Notes under the pieces: generated by a model
What the model was told of the DNA's origin: nothing
What the model saw: only the letters and a program-made list of their open reading frames with translations
Database searches by the model: none
Assembly: GCA_965153455.1 (NCBI GenBank)
Contig: OZ234493.1
Coordinates: 21,318,213-21,382,212, forward strand
Origin: Sphagnum compactum
Taxonomy: Eukaryota
Length of the DNA stretch: 64,000 nt
Reading direction: 5' to 3'
Part shown: one piece after another, positions 38,367 to 51,363 of the stretch
How positions within the stretch are numbered: position 1 is the stretch's first letter
Layout: every line of letters starts with the position of its first letter
Made by a program: the position numbers and the translations under genes

Positions 38367-40096
38367 GATCCTGAGCAGCTAAGAAACGGACCAGGGAATA
38401 GCAGCCACAGAGGCCTTGGCACCCGAAGAGATTGGAGGGGTGGATATCAAGGTAGAGGAGGTCAAAGGCCAGATGGTTTCACTGCTCATGAGCATTCAAG
38501 TCAAGTAGAAAATTCTGGACGACAAGAAGGTGGCTTTCAAGGAGAGGTAGATGGTCACAAAGGACAAGAAAATGTGGCACAGTCAGGAGCTATCTCGCAT
38601 AACTCTGAGCCTCAATCAAGCCAAAGTACATCAGGTGCCAATTTTAGGGTTGGAACTCCGGACCGCAGTGAAACACACCAGCAAGATGTGCATAGAGATA
38701 ATGGAAGACGAGGTGGCAGAGGTAGATCTGGTGGTCGAGCCCGAGGAGGGATTGACAGTGGAAATTGGAGGCGCATTAACCCCTTGAGCAATAGTGAGCA
38801 TGCGGGAAATCCTGGTAGGACACCTAGAGTTAATCTGCGAGGGGAAGCAGGCCAGTACAAAGCTTTGAGCACTGATTTGAACAGAGAGGTGAAGCAGCAA
38901 CAGTTTCAAAAAGCTTCAGGAGAGAAGGTTAATGTCCCCCAGCTTGTTCAAGAGCTTGAGGTTAAGCTTACAAAAGGGAAAGTGGAGTGTATGATATGTT
39001 ATGATACAGTTGGAAGGAACTCTCCAATATGGTCATGTGCAAGCTGCTTTTCCATTTTCCACTTGCCTTGCATCCGGAAATGGGCGCGCTCACCCACATC
39101 ATCAGATCTCTCTGCTCCGGCATCTAGGAATGCTTTTGAAGGGAACTGGCGTTGCCCAGGATGCCAGGCAGTGCAGCTAATCAGTGCTGATGAACTTCAC
39201 TATTATTGTTTTTGTGGGCAGATAGAGGAGCCTTCTTTAGACTATTACATCACCCCTCATAGCTGTGGTGGACCATGTCGTAAATTACTCAACCGAGGTA
39301 AGAACAGTCGTTGTAAGCACCACTGCACTATGCAATGTCACCCAGGTCCTTGCCCTCCATGTTTGGCTCTAGCTCCCCCTCAATCTTGCCCTTGTGGGAA
39401 AAATACGTTCATTCTGAAATGCTCTGAGCAAGACAAGGGGGCAAGCACTTGCTTGCAGCCATGTGGGCGGGCACTAGATTGTGGCCGCCATGTTTGCGAC
39501 CAGCTTTGCCATGAGGGTGCCTGCAATCCGTGTGAAGTTGTGGTCAGTGCAAAATGCTTTTGTGGTAGGCAGCAGGAAGGTATGCTGTGTGGGCAGCTTG
39601 ATCCTCCTGGGGAGATGGACTGGTCCATGGGTGTATTTTCCTGTGAGTTGGATTGCGGAAGAGTGCTACCCTGTGGGCAGCATCATTGCCTGGAAAAATG
39701 TCATCCAGGCTCTTGTGGGGAGTGCATGCTCTCGCCCTCAGTGATATGCACCTGTCCATGTGGGAAGAAAACAGTGGCTGAATTGCTAGGACCAGGTGTT
39801 TCAAGACGTAATTGCACTGACCCAGTCCCTACTTGTCTGGAAGCGTGTGGGAAACTACTCCCATGTCAGAAGCATTTTTGCCAGAAACTATGCCATACTG
39901 GCCCTTGCCCACCTTGTGAAATTCCTGTGGAGCAGAAGTGTCGGTGTGGAGCCTCAGCTCGAACTGTTGCCTGTCATATTGCTGTCCATAAAGGCAAAGA
40001 TGAAGACAAGTTAGAAGATAGCGACAAAGTATTATTCCTTTGTGACAGGAAGTGTGGGAAGAAGAAAAATTGTGGCCGGCACCGTTGCAGTGAAAG
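38367..40096 (+). CDS. NFXL1: NF-X1-type zinc finger protein, coding exon 2 (RGG-rich region, RING/PHD-like domain, NF-X1 fingers)
   Basis: TTGCAG| acceptor. Motifs VECMICYDTV..IWSC..CFSIFHLPCIRKWA, WRCPGCQ and repeated CGxHxCxxxCHxGxCxxC. Donor AG|GTCAGT, phase 2. Confidence 0.93.
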
Positions 40097-40613
40097 GTCA
40101 GTATTTGACTCCCAATTTAATTGCAGGCTGAAAACTATCAAGGTGAAACAGGATAGCATTAAAGGAGATGATATGTGTAGGTCCAGTTATAACGATTTCG
40201 GTATGCTGATGTGTTATGCCATTCAGCGAGTTTTTGCTACTTCTACCCTGCAGCAGGCTACTATCTGTTTGCAGTCTTTTTGGTGCTCAGTTCTGCACAG
40301 ATGGGACATTGTATGTGTGTTTGTTGGAGTCGTTCCCCTCCTTTTCAGATATTTTATATGCATCTTTTCTCTGTACCAATACATGCAGGAACAGACCAAT
40401 AGTAATTGAAAAAATTAGTAATTATCTGAGTTGAGAAGGTATGAGCACAGGGATGTTCAGTGTTCCTGACTCAGTTCCAAGATCAGATTTTGCTGGGTTT
40501 GTTTAGAACTACTGTGTATGATTTGAGTTTGATTTTGATCTGCAGACCTGGATAAATTGAGGAGAGAAGCTTTGGACTGAAATGGATGTGTGTAATGGTC
40601 TGTGTCCTGACAG

Positions 40614-40875
40614 GTGTTGCTCAGGGGCTAATGAAGAGGTGCAAGTGGAACAGTCAGATGGTGAGAACTCACATCTATGCACTCTTCCATGTGGCAAGCG
40701 GCTTCGTTGCAAACAACACGACTGCCATGCATTGTGTCATGCTGGCCACTGCCCACCATGCCTGGAAACAACTTTTACGGAACTGTCATGTGCCTGTGGT
40801 CAAACCGCAATCCCTCCACCAGTTCCATGTGGAACGCCCCTCCCGTCTTGTCAATATCCCTGTTCAGTTCCACAG
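40614..40875 (+). CDS. NFXL1: NF-X1-type zinc finger protein, coding exon 3
   Basis: GACAG|G restores RHRCSERCC. Contains [27 protein letters not shown]. Donor CAG|GTATGT, phase 0. Confidence 0.92.
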
Positions 40876-40978
40876 GTATGTTTCTGATAGTTTGCTCTCA
40901 TCTCTTTCTCTTGGCTACATCTCTCTTGTTCAGTTCTCAATGGTGTGGAACCAGCTAACATTTTCGCATTTTGGGCAG

Positions 40979-42589
40979 GTATGTGGCCATGAAGTGACCC
41001 ACCTCTGTCATTTTGGGGACTGTCCCCCTTGCACGGTGCCAGTAGCAAAAGAATGCGTTGGAAATCATGTTGTACTTCGGGGTGTCCCTTGTGGCTCCCG
41101 GGATATCAAGTGCAACAAGCTCTGTGGGAAAACTAGACAATGTGGTCTTCATGCTTGTGCTAGAACCTGCCACGTGGGACCATGTGATGTAGAAGCAGAG
41201 ACTGTTGGCCAAAAGCAAATCTCATGTAACCAGCCCTGTGGAGCCCCTCGACGGGATTGTCCTCACACATGCAGTGCAATTTGTCACCCAGCCACTGCAT
41301 GTCCGGAAATCCCCTGCAAGGTGACAGTGTCAATAAACTGCATCTGTGGGCGGCTAACAGCTGAAGTTCCATGTGATTCAGGAGGCCCTGGGAACCATGG
41401 TTTGTCAGAGTCTGCAACTATGGCATTGTCAAGGCTGCCAGTTCCACTCCAGCCCTTGGAAGGAAGACAGCGAGAAAGAGTGCCTCTTGGGCGGCGGAAA
41501 CTGGCCTGTGATGAAGAGTGTGCAAAGCTTGAGAAGAAGCGTCTTCTTGCTGATGCCTTCAGTGCAACTGCCCCTGGAGAAGTGGGTCTTGGCCTTGAAG
41601 GTGGAATTGTTGGGTCTGAAATGCTCATGGAAATTGCTAGAAGGGATCCTCAGTGGGTCGCATCAATTGAAGATCGTTTTAAGTATCTTCTTCTTGGTCC
41701 AAAGAATGGACCTGGTGCCAGCCTCCGGCTTCATGTCTTCTGTGCTTTGGCAATTGAAAGGAGGGAAGCAATTCATTTAATGGGAGAGCGATGGGGATTA
41801 ACTGTCACAGGATTTGGCCGTGAGCCTCGACGGTTTGTTGTTGCCCATGTGACAACAAAATCAAAACTCCCAGCAAGGTCTCTTTTCTCTAAGGGACCTG
41901 TGCTTCCGTTGGCAGGACAGGCTCGACAACCTCCATTTGATCCGTTGGTAGATATGGATCCTGGGCTTGTTGTGGCACTCCTTGATCTTCCCCGAGATGC
42001 TGATGTGAGTACATTAGTCCTTCGATTTGGTGGGGAGTGTGAACTTGTCTGGCTGAATGACAGAAATGCCCTTGCAATCTTCAGTGATGCTGCCCGGGCT
42101 GCCACAGCCTTACGACGGGTGGATCATTCTTCAGTTTATCGAGGTGCTGCCGGGATGCCTCCACCCAGGGGATCATCTGTACTCCGTGGTGGATTGCATG
42201 CAACATCAACGGCAGGTGCAAAACCACCATTGTTATCAAAGGGTATGCAGGACTCAAATTGGGTTGAAGATGCTTGGAGTGATGAGCAAAAAAGCTTAAA
42301 GCAGGAGATGGGAGCATGGCAGCGCAATGCTCTTCCCATAACAACCAAGAATCCTTGGGCTACCCTAGGGCAGGTTAATCATCAGTCTGAAGGTAGTTCT
42401 TCATCATCAAAGTTGCCTCTGCCAGCTTCATCTTCTGAAGCTCCAAGTATCAAAAATAGGGCTAGCGGTGCAGGTGTAGTAGGGAGTAAACAGGCAGCTA
42501 TTGGCTCTTCAGCAACCATTCTGCAGTCGCAAACATTGGATGGCAGTGATGACGATTGGGAGAAGGCATTGGAAGAGGGAGGCCTCTAA
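40979..42589 (+). CDS. NFXL1: NF-X1-type zinc finger protein, coding exon 4 (final fingers, R3H-like and RRM-like C-terminal region)
   Basis: Branch site GCTAAC at about 40954 and GGGCAG| acceptor. Motifs HLCHFGDCPPC, KLACDEEC and MDPGLVVALLDLPRDADVSTLVLRFGGECELVWLND, characteristic of plant NFXL1. Stop TAA at 42587-42589. Confidence 0.93.
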   Translation, partial: VCGHEVTHLCHFGDCPPCTVPVAKECVGNHVVLRGVPCGSRDIKCNKLCGKTRQCGLHACARTCHVGPCDVEAETVGQKQISCNQPCGAPRRDCPHTCSAICHPATACPEIPCKVTVSINCICGRLTAEVPCDSGGPGNHGLSESATMALSRLPVPLQPLEGRQRERVPLGRRKLACDEECAKLEKKRLLADAFSATAPGEVGLGLEGGIVGSEMLMEIARRDPQWVASIEDRFKYLLLGPKNGPGASLRLHVFCALAIERREAIHLMGERWGLTVTGFGREPRRFVVAHVTTKSKLPARSLFSKGPVLPLAGQARQPPFDPLVDMDPGLVVALLDLPRDADVSTLVLRFGGECELVWLNDRNALAIFSDAARAATALRRVDHSSVYRGAAGMPPPRGSSVLRGGLHATSTAGAKPPLLSKGMQDSNWVEDAWSDEQKSLKQEMGAWQRNALPITTKNPWATLGQVNHQSEGSSSSSKLPLPASSSEAPSIKNRASGAGVVGSKQAAIGSSATILQSQTLDGSDDDWEKALEEGGL

Positions 42590-43519
42590 GGGTGTTATAT
42601 ATCATGACCCTTTTCTGTTGCAACTGTTACTTGTCTGAAGCCCAATTTGATCTGTATGACTTCCAGTCAGGAACTGCCTGGAAATTTTGAGGATGGAGAA
42701 AATTGATTTTACTTGTATGTGTCAGAACTACTTTTGTCCACAATTTATGTGCATGTGCAATTAATGATGGAAATCATAGGTTAGAGCTTGGTAGACTGAA
42801 CTGCAGAGTTTGAGGTCCAGTTCTCAAGCATGATTAGCCTTAAAGATAGCTGAAATGCACTTGGAATAATGAGTTGGTCCAAATGCAAATATCACACAGG
42901 AAATACAGCATGGAGATTTGGCACACAATCACTTTAGTTCTGTTTGTGTGGATCTGTGATTATTATTGATCTGTTTGTGTGAGTTTTACAAGCAAAAACT
43001 TTTCTATTGCTTGTGGAAGTTGCAAAATGTTATTATCCATGTCTTGCCTTTCTTATCAGATCCTTCAAGCCTTCACTGGAATTGAGCAGGACGAGAGAGG
43101 ATAGCATCAGTGAATAGGGATTGTTCTGATGAGAGAATAACTGTGGAAGGTAAAGCACAGTGTGAAATACAGCAAGCCATTCAAGCTCTTCAGATTCTGA
43201 ATCTGACTGAGTCTTTCAGACTTGCCTTCAGACCTACCCTTTTCACTACCTACCTACTTGGGCTCAAATTATCAACTCTGCCTACCTGGTGTTTTGTTTT
43301 TTGGTTTCCTTGCCACAATTGAGATGAATCTCACTCCTCATCATGTGTTCCCTCCGCTTGTGTAGAACAAATTATGTTACAAATTATTTCAGTTATCTTT
43401 GCAAATGTAAAAATACTTTGTGCACAGCTCCCTTCACAAGTATATCATTACACTACTGAAGACAAAATAAATCAAGTTTCAACGCATGCATTCAAGGATT
43501 TTAACAGAAAACAAATTGT

Positions 43520-44230
43520 ATTTCAATTTTGTGATGTAGCCAAACTGGTGATCATCCGTAATTAGATTTAGCCAAATTTGGCTATAGACCAGATATGGAG
43601 GTAGAAAACAAATTAAGAATCATTTTATGTTTTGGCTACCTGCTGGAGCCTGTTGTAGACATCTGGTGATTAAAAAGATGTTTTGTTTGGGAAATTTGGC
43701 GATTTAGGGCCTTTTTTTTCAATAACACTGATGCATGTGTATTCAAATATCTTCGTACTCAAACCTAAAAACTCGCAGTGTTGGTTCTTTCAAAAGCTGC
43801 TTAGTGCACCACCAAGGGTTCTTAATTCAGTTCGTTTCATCTTTCTCAGGTCCATCTTCTTAATAGTTTGTTGGACATATGTAACACCATGTTTCCATAG
43901 AACTCTAGGATTGTTAGCAATTTGTGAGGATAGTTACACAATCCTTTACCAACAATATCACATACAAGTGTTTTTTTTCTTTTTTACTTTCAATTTTGTA
44001 ATGTAGCAGGGCTTGCAATCATTCTGGCTTTAAAAAAAGATATGAAAGGAAAAGAATTTAAGCATCCTTCTATGTTGTTGGTGACCTGCTAGGAACTATG
44101 GTACGATTTAGCGATATTTTAATAAGGAATTTCTACATTTGATGAGCAGAAAAAAATTTGAAAAAACTCATTTGTAGCTTTTTGAAAAAAATAAATCACT
44201 GCCTGGCGAAAAATTCACCAAGAAAATAAC
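43520..44230. repeat. Two diverged copies of a dispersed repeat (about 43520-43720 and 43985-44230)
   Basis: Both read TTTCAATTTTGT(G/A)ATGTAGC...ATCAT...AGATATG.A.G.A.AA...TAAG.ATC.TT.TATGT...ACCTGCT. Confidence 0.65.
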
Positions 44231-45479
44231 ACTGAATAAGATTGATATGCAACTTTCACTTGCTAATTTTGAGGAAGAACAACTCTGAAACTCACACAAC
44301 AAGAAGAGCATGAGTTCAGAATTGTTCAGAGTTGACAATGAGTTCAAAATTGTGAAGCAAAGGATTATCACTTGAACAAAATTCTAGTGACCAGAAGAAT
44401 TGGTCTATATTGTTGATTTTTTGGAATCTATTGTATGGTCATCCATATGTAAATTCCAAAGACAATTCATATCTACATCATTTTGAAGCTACCGATTTTT
44501 CCTTTCCTAATAATTATCTCCTTTCCTACTTTATTAATAATTACTTCTATTCTAACTATTATCTCACTTTTTTCTTAATAACTTCCTCACTCCTTTCCCC
44601 TGCCCACGAACACCTACATGTATATGAAAAGACAAAAAATTAGCATGTGTCTTTTCATGTTCATGATATTTGAATTAATTCAAATTAAATTAAATTTGAG
44701 ATTGACATAAATAATGATGACCTATTGAAAACCATATGGGAACATGGCCAGAGAGAAAAAATAGTTGATTGTAACTAGTAATGTGAAGTAGTGCGGAGCC
44801 CAAGTATGATATTGAGCTTCACCTTGGGTTCATGATTGTTCTTGCTATGGTTTCAAGTAGAGTTTTTCTTTTTGATTTGGGAAAATATGACATTTAGCTA
44901 TTGTTTCAACCCTTGTGATGCTAGGTTGGTCAGTAGTTGGAATGAGTTGGAGTCCAATAAATTATGATGTTTTTTCTAAAAGTCATTTTTTTCTATAGAT
45001 TAAGGGGAAATGGAGTTTAATTAGGCAATGAAGATTTGTTCAAGGTGGTTATTTATAGCTACAAGGATAAGATAGTTGTAGGTTTTTTGGCTCTTGCCAA
45101 TCCTCAAAAATCTAAACACCTTTATACTAAATCATGGAAACTGCAAGTCCTTAACCACAATGTTCATTACTCAAAGTTCAATGCAACAAACCACAATGCA
45201 TGTGCATGTAAGTTGTAACACAAGTTCCACAAATTGGAAGCAAACAAAAATAGTCACTTGTGAGTGAACTTTTTAAATTGCCCATTGTAGCACAAGTATC
45301 CTACAAAACAAGGCTAGATAATACAAATCATTGTCAAGCTACTACAATAGAATAATAACTTGGAAAGTTGAGATATAAATTAAAAATGGTATCCATTTGG
45401 GATCACTAACTTCATTTACACGTAAAACTAGCCAACAATTGGAGCTTGCAATGTTGCCAAATACTTATTAAGCTAAGAT

Positions 45480-48400
45480 TGGAAAGCTTTAAATCTAAGC
45501 TCCCACACCATATTGAAGACATTTTGCACACCATTGTTTGTATGCTTTTTGCATATAGAAAATTATGCAAGTTATAAAACTTTGGGGAAAACATTCTAAC
45601 CATTAAACCCAAGTTGGTAGTGAGTTACTTGTGCAACTTGGATTTGCAAAATGCAAAACAATTGAAATAATGTTCATCTTTGACACTACTAATGACTTAC
45701 ACCATGACAATTTTAGCCAACCTGAAGTACTTTGGAAAAAAACATGCAAACACTTTGGATGTTGAAAGAATGCACCAAAGGTGCATCAAAGGATTCACAT
45801 CAAGTGGCTTAGCCATGTACATGCATTTAATTTCATGGCTAACTTGAACATAGATTGTTGAATGTCAATGGAAGCTATTGACAAAACCTTAGGCACCCAT
45901 GCATCAATGTTGCTCACTTGTTTGGGGGTGGTAAAATGTTGTTTTAATCACATTCAAGTGCTTGCAAAAACTTTCCTTGGCATTGGATTGTAACCAATAT
46001 TGTGGGTGCACCACACCTAAAATATCCATCATGCCATGAGTAAGGCATCTCCCTTGCAATTTCAATGTAACAAGGCAATCAATAACCTTTACAACCCACA
46101 TCCAATTTTTGGTTCATTTCAATGCAAATTAGAGTAAAAAAAAAAAAAAAAACATGAAATACAAGGGGGTTAAGGTTTAAAGTTAAACTTGCACATTTTG
46201 CTTCCACCTATATGATGGCTATAACATAATCATCTTTCAACACATGAAATTTCATGAGTTTGTAAATTAAAATGAGTATCCCAAATGTTCCACACATGTG
46301 TTCAAATCTATGATCCAATGCATGACTATAAAATCATGTTTAACATACAATAGAAAGTTGCAAACATCAAATGCATTAGATTTGAACCTTGTGTTCAGGT
46401 TCGAATATAGTTCATAGACTTCCCCTTGACATACTTTTGTCACTATCACAAAATCACAAATGAAAACATCCAACATGACGCACCCCCAAACTCCTTGATG
46501 GACTCAACTGCAAGTCCAAAGGTGAAGACAACGGAAGGAGGAGTTGGGGCGTGCTCCCTGGCTCGCAGCACTTTGGAGGTAGAGGGGCATGCTAGAGCTC
46601 CGGGATGGGACTAGGAAGATTGACAAGCAAATCAATTGCTCACACGGACTTGCACAAACCAAACAACAAGTTGGTTAGTGCGTAGTTGAAGCACTTTGAT
46701 GCATGGACGAGCCATGGGTGAACATGGACTTACAAGACTCACCATGGCCCGGACTTGGGGGAAGCCACCACCTTCCCCTTTATAGTATTCTTTGTGCCTA
46801 GCCACGGGGCCAGCACCCAAATGTCATTTTGTCCCGAAACTCCCAAGTGGGAGTCCCAAAATTTTCAAAATTGGGACTCCCGCCACTTTGGACACCTATA
46901 ATTTTGTCTGCAAACCTTTGATTGAAGTGAGGTCTGAAGCAAAGTTGTATCCCTTGTTGAAAGCTTTGCAACGGTTTGTGGCATGCCACCTGCACGCAAG
47001 AAAATCGGGGCGATTCCCAACTTTTAGTGGTTGGAAGTCAAACTGCCAATTTGACTCCCGACCCTTCTTTTGGCCATAACTTATGTTTCAAGAACCCAAA
47101 TGGGTCATGCGGGCCCATTTAGACATCTTCGTTCCAAGAGCTTTCCAATGATATAAGGAACTCTTCGATGTAATGGGTTTTGACCCCTGCAATCGCTCTT
47201 TGAAGATTCGGGAGTCCATCGGGACTCCAACTTCTCAAGTGGGAGCTCACTTGGGAGTGTGGGGTTCATTCCCTCACACTCCCCCACACTCCCGGGAGCA
47301 CGAAATGTGACTCTCAGCTTCACTCTTGGCCCACACCTTCGCAAGCCCTAGCCTTGGTCGCAAGCCCAAGGCTAGGGTCACGACACAACAATTAGTTGAA
47401 TTTAATCAAGTTGTGGGTTTATTGCAACAATAGGAAAATAAAAGTAAGCCTAATAAAACACATCACAAACAAGATCAAAATTTACCTTTTTCTTGTCATT
47501 GGTAACACCATCAATGGCCATCTTCATCAACAAAGTTCAATACTCGTCATAACATGTCACATAGTGGAAAATATAAATATCCAATAGGTTTTGACATTCT
47601 TCAAAATCTCAACACCTTTTGTTTCAAAAAGTTTTACAAGCTTTGTAAACTTTAAGTGCCTTTTAGGGCTTTTGGAATTTTTTTTGTAGAAGGCCTAAAA
47701 TAAATGAAAATTATGTTGACCATCGAAAAATGTGACAAAGTTTGAATGGCAAAATTGGTTTTATGAGCCATACAATGAATCCCCATGGAATGTGGAGTCT
47801 AGCCATTCAAAGTTTGTTGAATAACACCTAACCTAGAGTGTTGGAAAATAAAAACCCCATTAGCGCCAATGTCACAAGCCTTTTGCCAATCAAATCTTTT
47901 GTGAGACCTCCTTCATGCATCAAGGCTTGCATAAGGACTTGAGTAAGATTATGTGCACCTAATCTAGCCACCATGCACTCAAAGGACAATAGGATTGATA
48001 TTTGCAACCAATTTTGAACCACATAAACATGAATAGATTTTGTGGTGTCCAAAATAATGCCATGCAATAATTTAGTTAGAAGTATTTGCATAATGCATTT
48101 TGGGTTTTCCTCAAGATTCAAAAACTCAAACAAATCCTTTTGAGCTTTATATTCAAACATTGGCTTGCCATGTTTTAGTGTGTGGAACAATGTATCAAAT
48201 TGAACCAATTTCTACGCTTTTCACCAACCAAACCACTAGTAACTTGCTACAATATAAACTCCTTCCCTTTACAAGCATAAGTAGCTTCATTTTTGTTGTG
48301 GTTACATTTTTTGCTAGTATATTATTCCTCTTTTTTCTCCCCTCTCATAAGCTTATTAGCCTTCCTCTTACTAGCATGTTTTTCAATGAATCCCATTTTG

Positions 48401-48760
48401 CAGCCATAAGCTTATCTTTATGCTCAATTTTTGAGTAGATTTTGCACTTCACAATGTGCACAAAACCATCAAACCCACTTGGAATTCAGCCTGAGGTAGC
48501 TTGGATGACCACGAATCTTGGATTTTTGTTGTGAATCGTAAATTTGGGTGTTTATAGCTTCTAGTGGTGGTGCCAAGCTATGATATGAAAGATCAATTGG
48601 CTCTTTTGGTGAATCAATGTTAGCAAATTATGTAAGAAAATTTGATCCGCTTAAAACAATTAGAGGTACATTGGCAGGTTGCGTACCTTTCAAGGTAGCA
48701 AGCTTGTGCAAGCTGGATGCTTCATTCTTATTATTAGATGCTAAAAATAGGAAGGGGTGT
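45480..48760 (-). pseudogene. Decayed hAT-family (ZNF862-like) transposase
   Basis: Minus-strand fragments: KIQDSWSSKLP..VKCKI..KWDSLKKH (TTF-like zinc finger), VQFDTLFHTLKHGKPMFEY, LIKF..DVFICDFV..KVCQ, GVVHPQYWLQ, and DVNPL..LW..FPKYFRLAKI..LMVRMF (hAT dimerisation region). Many stops and frameshifts. Confidence 0.7.
46476..47385. mobile_element. Solo LTR (910 bp) inserted into the hAT transposase
   Basis: TG...CA termini (TGACG.../...CGACA) and perfect 5-bp TSD CAACA (46471-46475, 47386-47390). Higher GC than the flanks. Transposase reading resumes across it. Confidence 0.88.
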
Positions 48761-49176
48761 ACAATCACTAGGGTTGCAAGAATTGTAAAAGTATCGAAAC
48801 TTGAAATTTTGGGGTGACTTAAGCAACATCCTTATGTAAAGTTGTGATTCATAAAAACAAAATGTGAAATCCCAAGATGTTGCTTTGTTGCATGTAGGCT
48901 ACAACACAAGTAATACAAGAACTTAGAATTGTGACACATGTTACTGCAAAGAAGCTATGCAACTTGCACCAAGAAAAAAAGTATTAGAATTAAAAAAACA
49001 TAGAAAACAACAAAACAAAACTTTTAGGCTTCAACAATTTGTAATTTGTAGGTTTTAATGTTTGAATACAATGTGTACCATATGGAAAGGTGAAAACATA
49101 CAATGTACATCCTTCAATAAGGTGTGAATCATGATCTTCATAATAAACATTTGTGGTGTGTCCTACAACAACCATT

Positions 49177-50714
49177 GGGTGCAGTCACAATCCAATGAGC
49201 CAAAAAGGGCATTAGATATTTTTTAAAAAATCAAAAATGTTTTTCCATTTAAAGCCATGGTAATGATGCCAAGTTGTTGTTTATTCATTCATATGAATGT
49301 CAAGGAATTCAAACCAAAAATCCAGTTGATGAAATTTTAAGTTAAAGTTTTGATTTTAAGACCTCTAAAAGTGAACACCTATGGCGTCAAATAGGAGTCA
49401 ATTTTACAAGGGACTATCAAAACGACTTATATAATAAACACATTTGATGACAAAAAAATAAGGAGGATAAAGACCTATTAGCCACATTGAAAAACCAATC
49501 ATATTTAAAAATATGTGGAATTTTAAAACTTTAAAAATTCAAAGAACTTTCCAAAATTTATCTAAAATTTTAAAACATTGAAGGTCCTTTATCACATATT
49601 AATGAGGTATAATTTACATGATGTGTTAAAAAAAATTGTAGTTTACTATTAAAAAACATAAAAATGTAAAAAATGAGTTTTTGGTTATGATTTGAAATTG
49701 TTATCATTTTTATAAACATATCACTGAATTTACAAGGAATTAGGACACTTTCCAAAATTTGTATTTATTAAAAAATGATAAAAAAAAAATATGTCATGTA
49801 TTGGGAAAATTATACAAATATTCATTATAAAAAATTGCAAAAAAAATGTTCCAAAATGGGTGCATGCACAAATGGGTGGACCGATTTGGGTGTCATGCAA
49901 GCCAATTCTGCACAGTGGTTGCCATTGCAATGCCCATGTTGCTTTATAGGTCTTAAATTTTTTTAAAATGGACTTAGTTTAAAGATTTTAACTTGAATAT
50001 CTACATGACGCACAAAATTTATAAAATTTTTAAAATCGTAAAAGCCATGGACTTTTGAATTCAAAACTCATGGATTGCACCTTTAACTGTGATTTTTATA
50101 TGGATTATGCTACAATCCATTGATCAATGGGGTTTGTGTTAGGGATTTGAAATTAATCAAATATCATATCAAAGAAACATAGGAACAAAATAATTAATGT
50201 GTTCAATTTTAAAACTATACTTGTGGATTTTTGAATGGGCTAATTTTTTCATAAGTCCATATCATAATGGAGGAAGAAATATTTTATGATCTTTTTTCTT
50301 AGATGCTTAAAAAAACCACACATGTAGAAATACACATATATAGGCAAAAAACCAAAAGCAAGAAAGGTTGCCGCACCCACCCTCATAAGGCTACGCTAAA
50401 GGAAATTTTTTTTGGTACCGAGGCTGAGGTGCCGCACCAAAAAAGGAAAGTAGCGCCGATAAAAAATTTGGATGTGCCATTAATGACATGGAAAAAATAT
50501 GGAGGAAATCAATGTAAACTAGTGTAAACTAGTTGTAATTTCCAAAATCTAACCAAGATTTTGAGTAAATGAGGATTTTGGTTCTATGGCAAATGGGTCC
50601 ACCCATTTGTGCACCTACCCAAATTCATTCATATGAAAAACAAATTTTGGGGAAAAGGACATGAAGTCCTTTTCTAAAATCATCATGTTGGCTCATTGTA
50701 TTTCATTTGCACCC
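49177..50714. mobile_element. Non-autonomous DNA transposon (GGG...CCC termini, 4-bp TSD CATT/CATC)
   Basis: TIR GGGTGCAGTCACAATCCAATGAGCCAA versus the reverse complement GGGTGCAAATGAAATACAATGAGCCAA. Interior at 50040-50110 resembles 32080-32150 of the 31904 element. Confidence 0.75.
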
Positions 50715-51363
50715 CATCCCATCAAGACATTGACAATGTATGATTGGATTTGATTCCAAGCTTCATTAAAAATTTCAAACCCATGATTCTTCATGTACTT
50801 TGTGACATCGAACATAACACAGCCCACCGCCCCATCCTCACAAATCACATTTTGATTACTCATTATTCAATGATGAGTTGCAACTTGTGACATTCATTGT
50901 TAAACAAACCAAATCAATAAATTGAGATCTTTAGGACATTTAAAACATTTAAAGTAATGGCTAAAAGATGACACAAAATCCACATTATGAGCTTTGTAAC
51001 ATTTAGGTTACCCATAAGTTGTAGCATAATTTCAAAAGCTTCCATTTGTAAACTATGAGTTCTAGCGAAACAACTCACAAAATAGGAAAATGACATGTGA
51101 AGGATTGTGTAAAGGGAAAAAGGTTTGATGAATGGCCCAAATTCGAGGGAAAATGTGTGGCAACCATCCAATGGTTGAAATAGGCAAGTAGACGATTTAA
51201 ATTTCTTTTAAGGCACAATTTCACAACATGTTAATGTGTCTCTCTTGTCTTCCAAGTGAAAAGTTTTATACTTGAAGAAATTCTTAGGTTACGTTTTAGG
51301 GTGTGATGATGTTTTTAGGTCAAACGCAGTGGATTTCACCCTTGACATCTAAGCTTATAGTGG

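Noticed and set aside
38361-40409. 682-aa and 667-aa ORFs as two separate genes
   Set aside because: They are exons 2 and 4 of one spliced NFXL1 gene, extended by intron read-through.
46426-47344. Several short ORFs on both strands
   Set aside because: All lie within the solo LTR and show no recognisable protein motifs.
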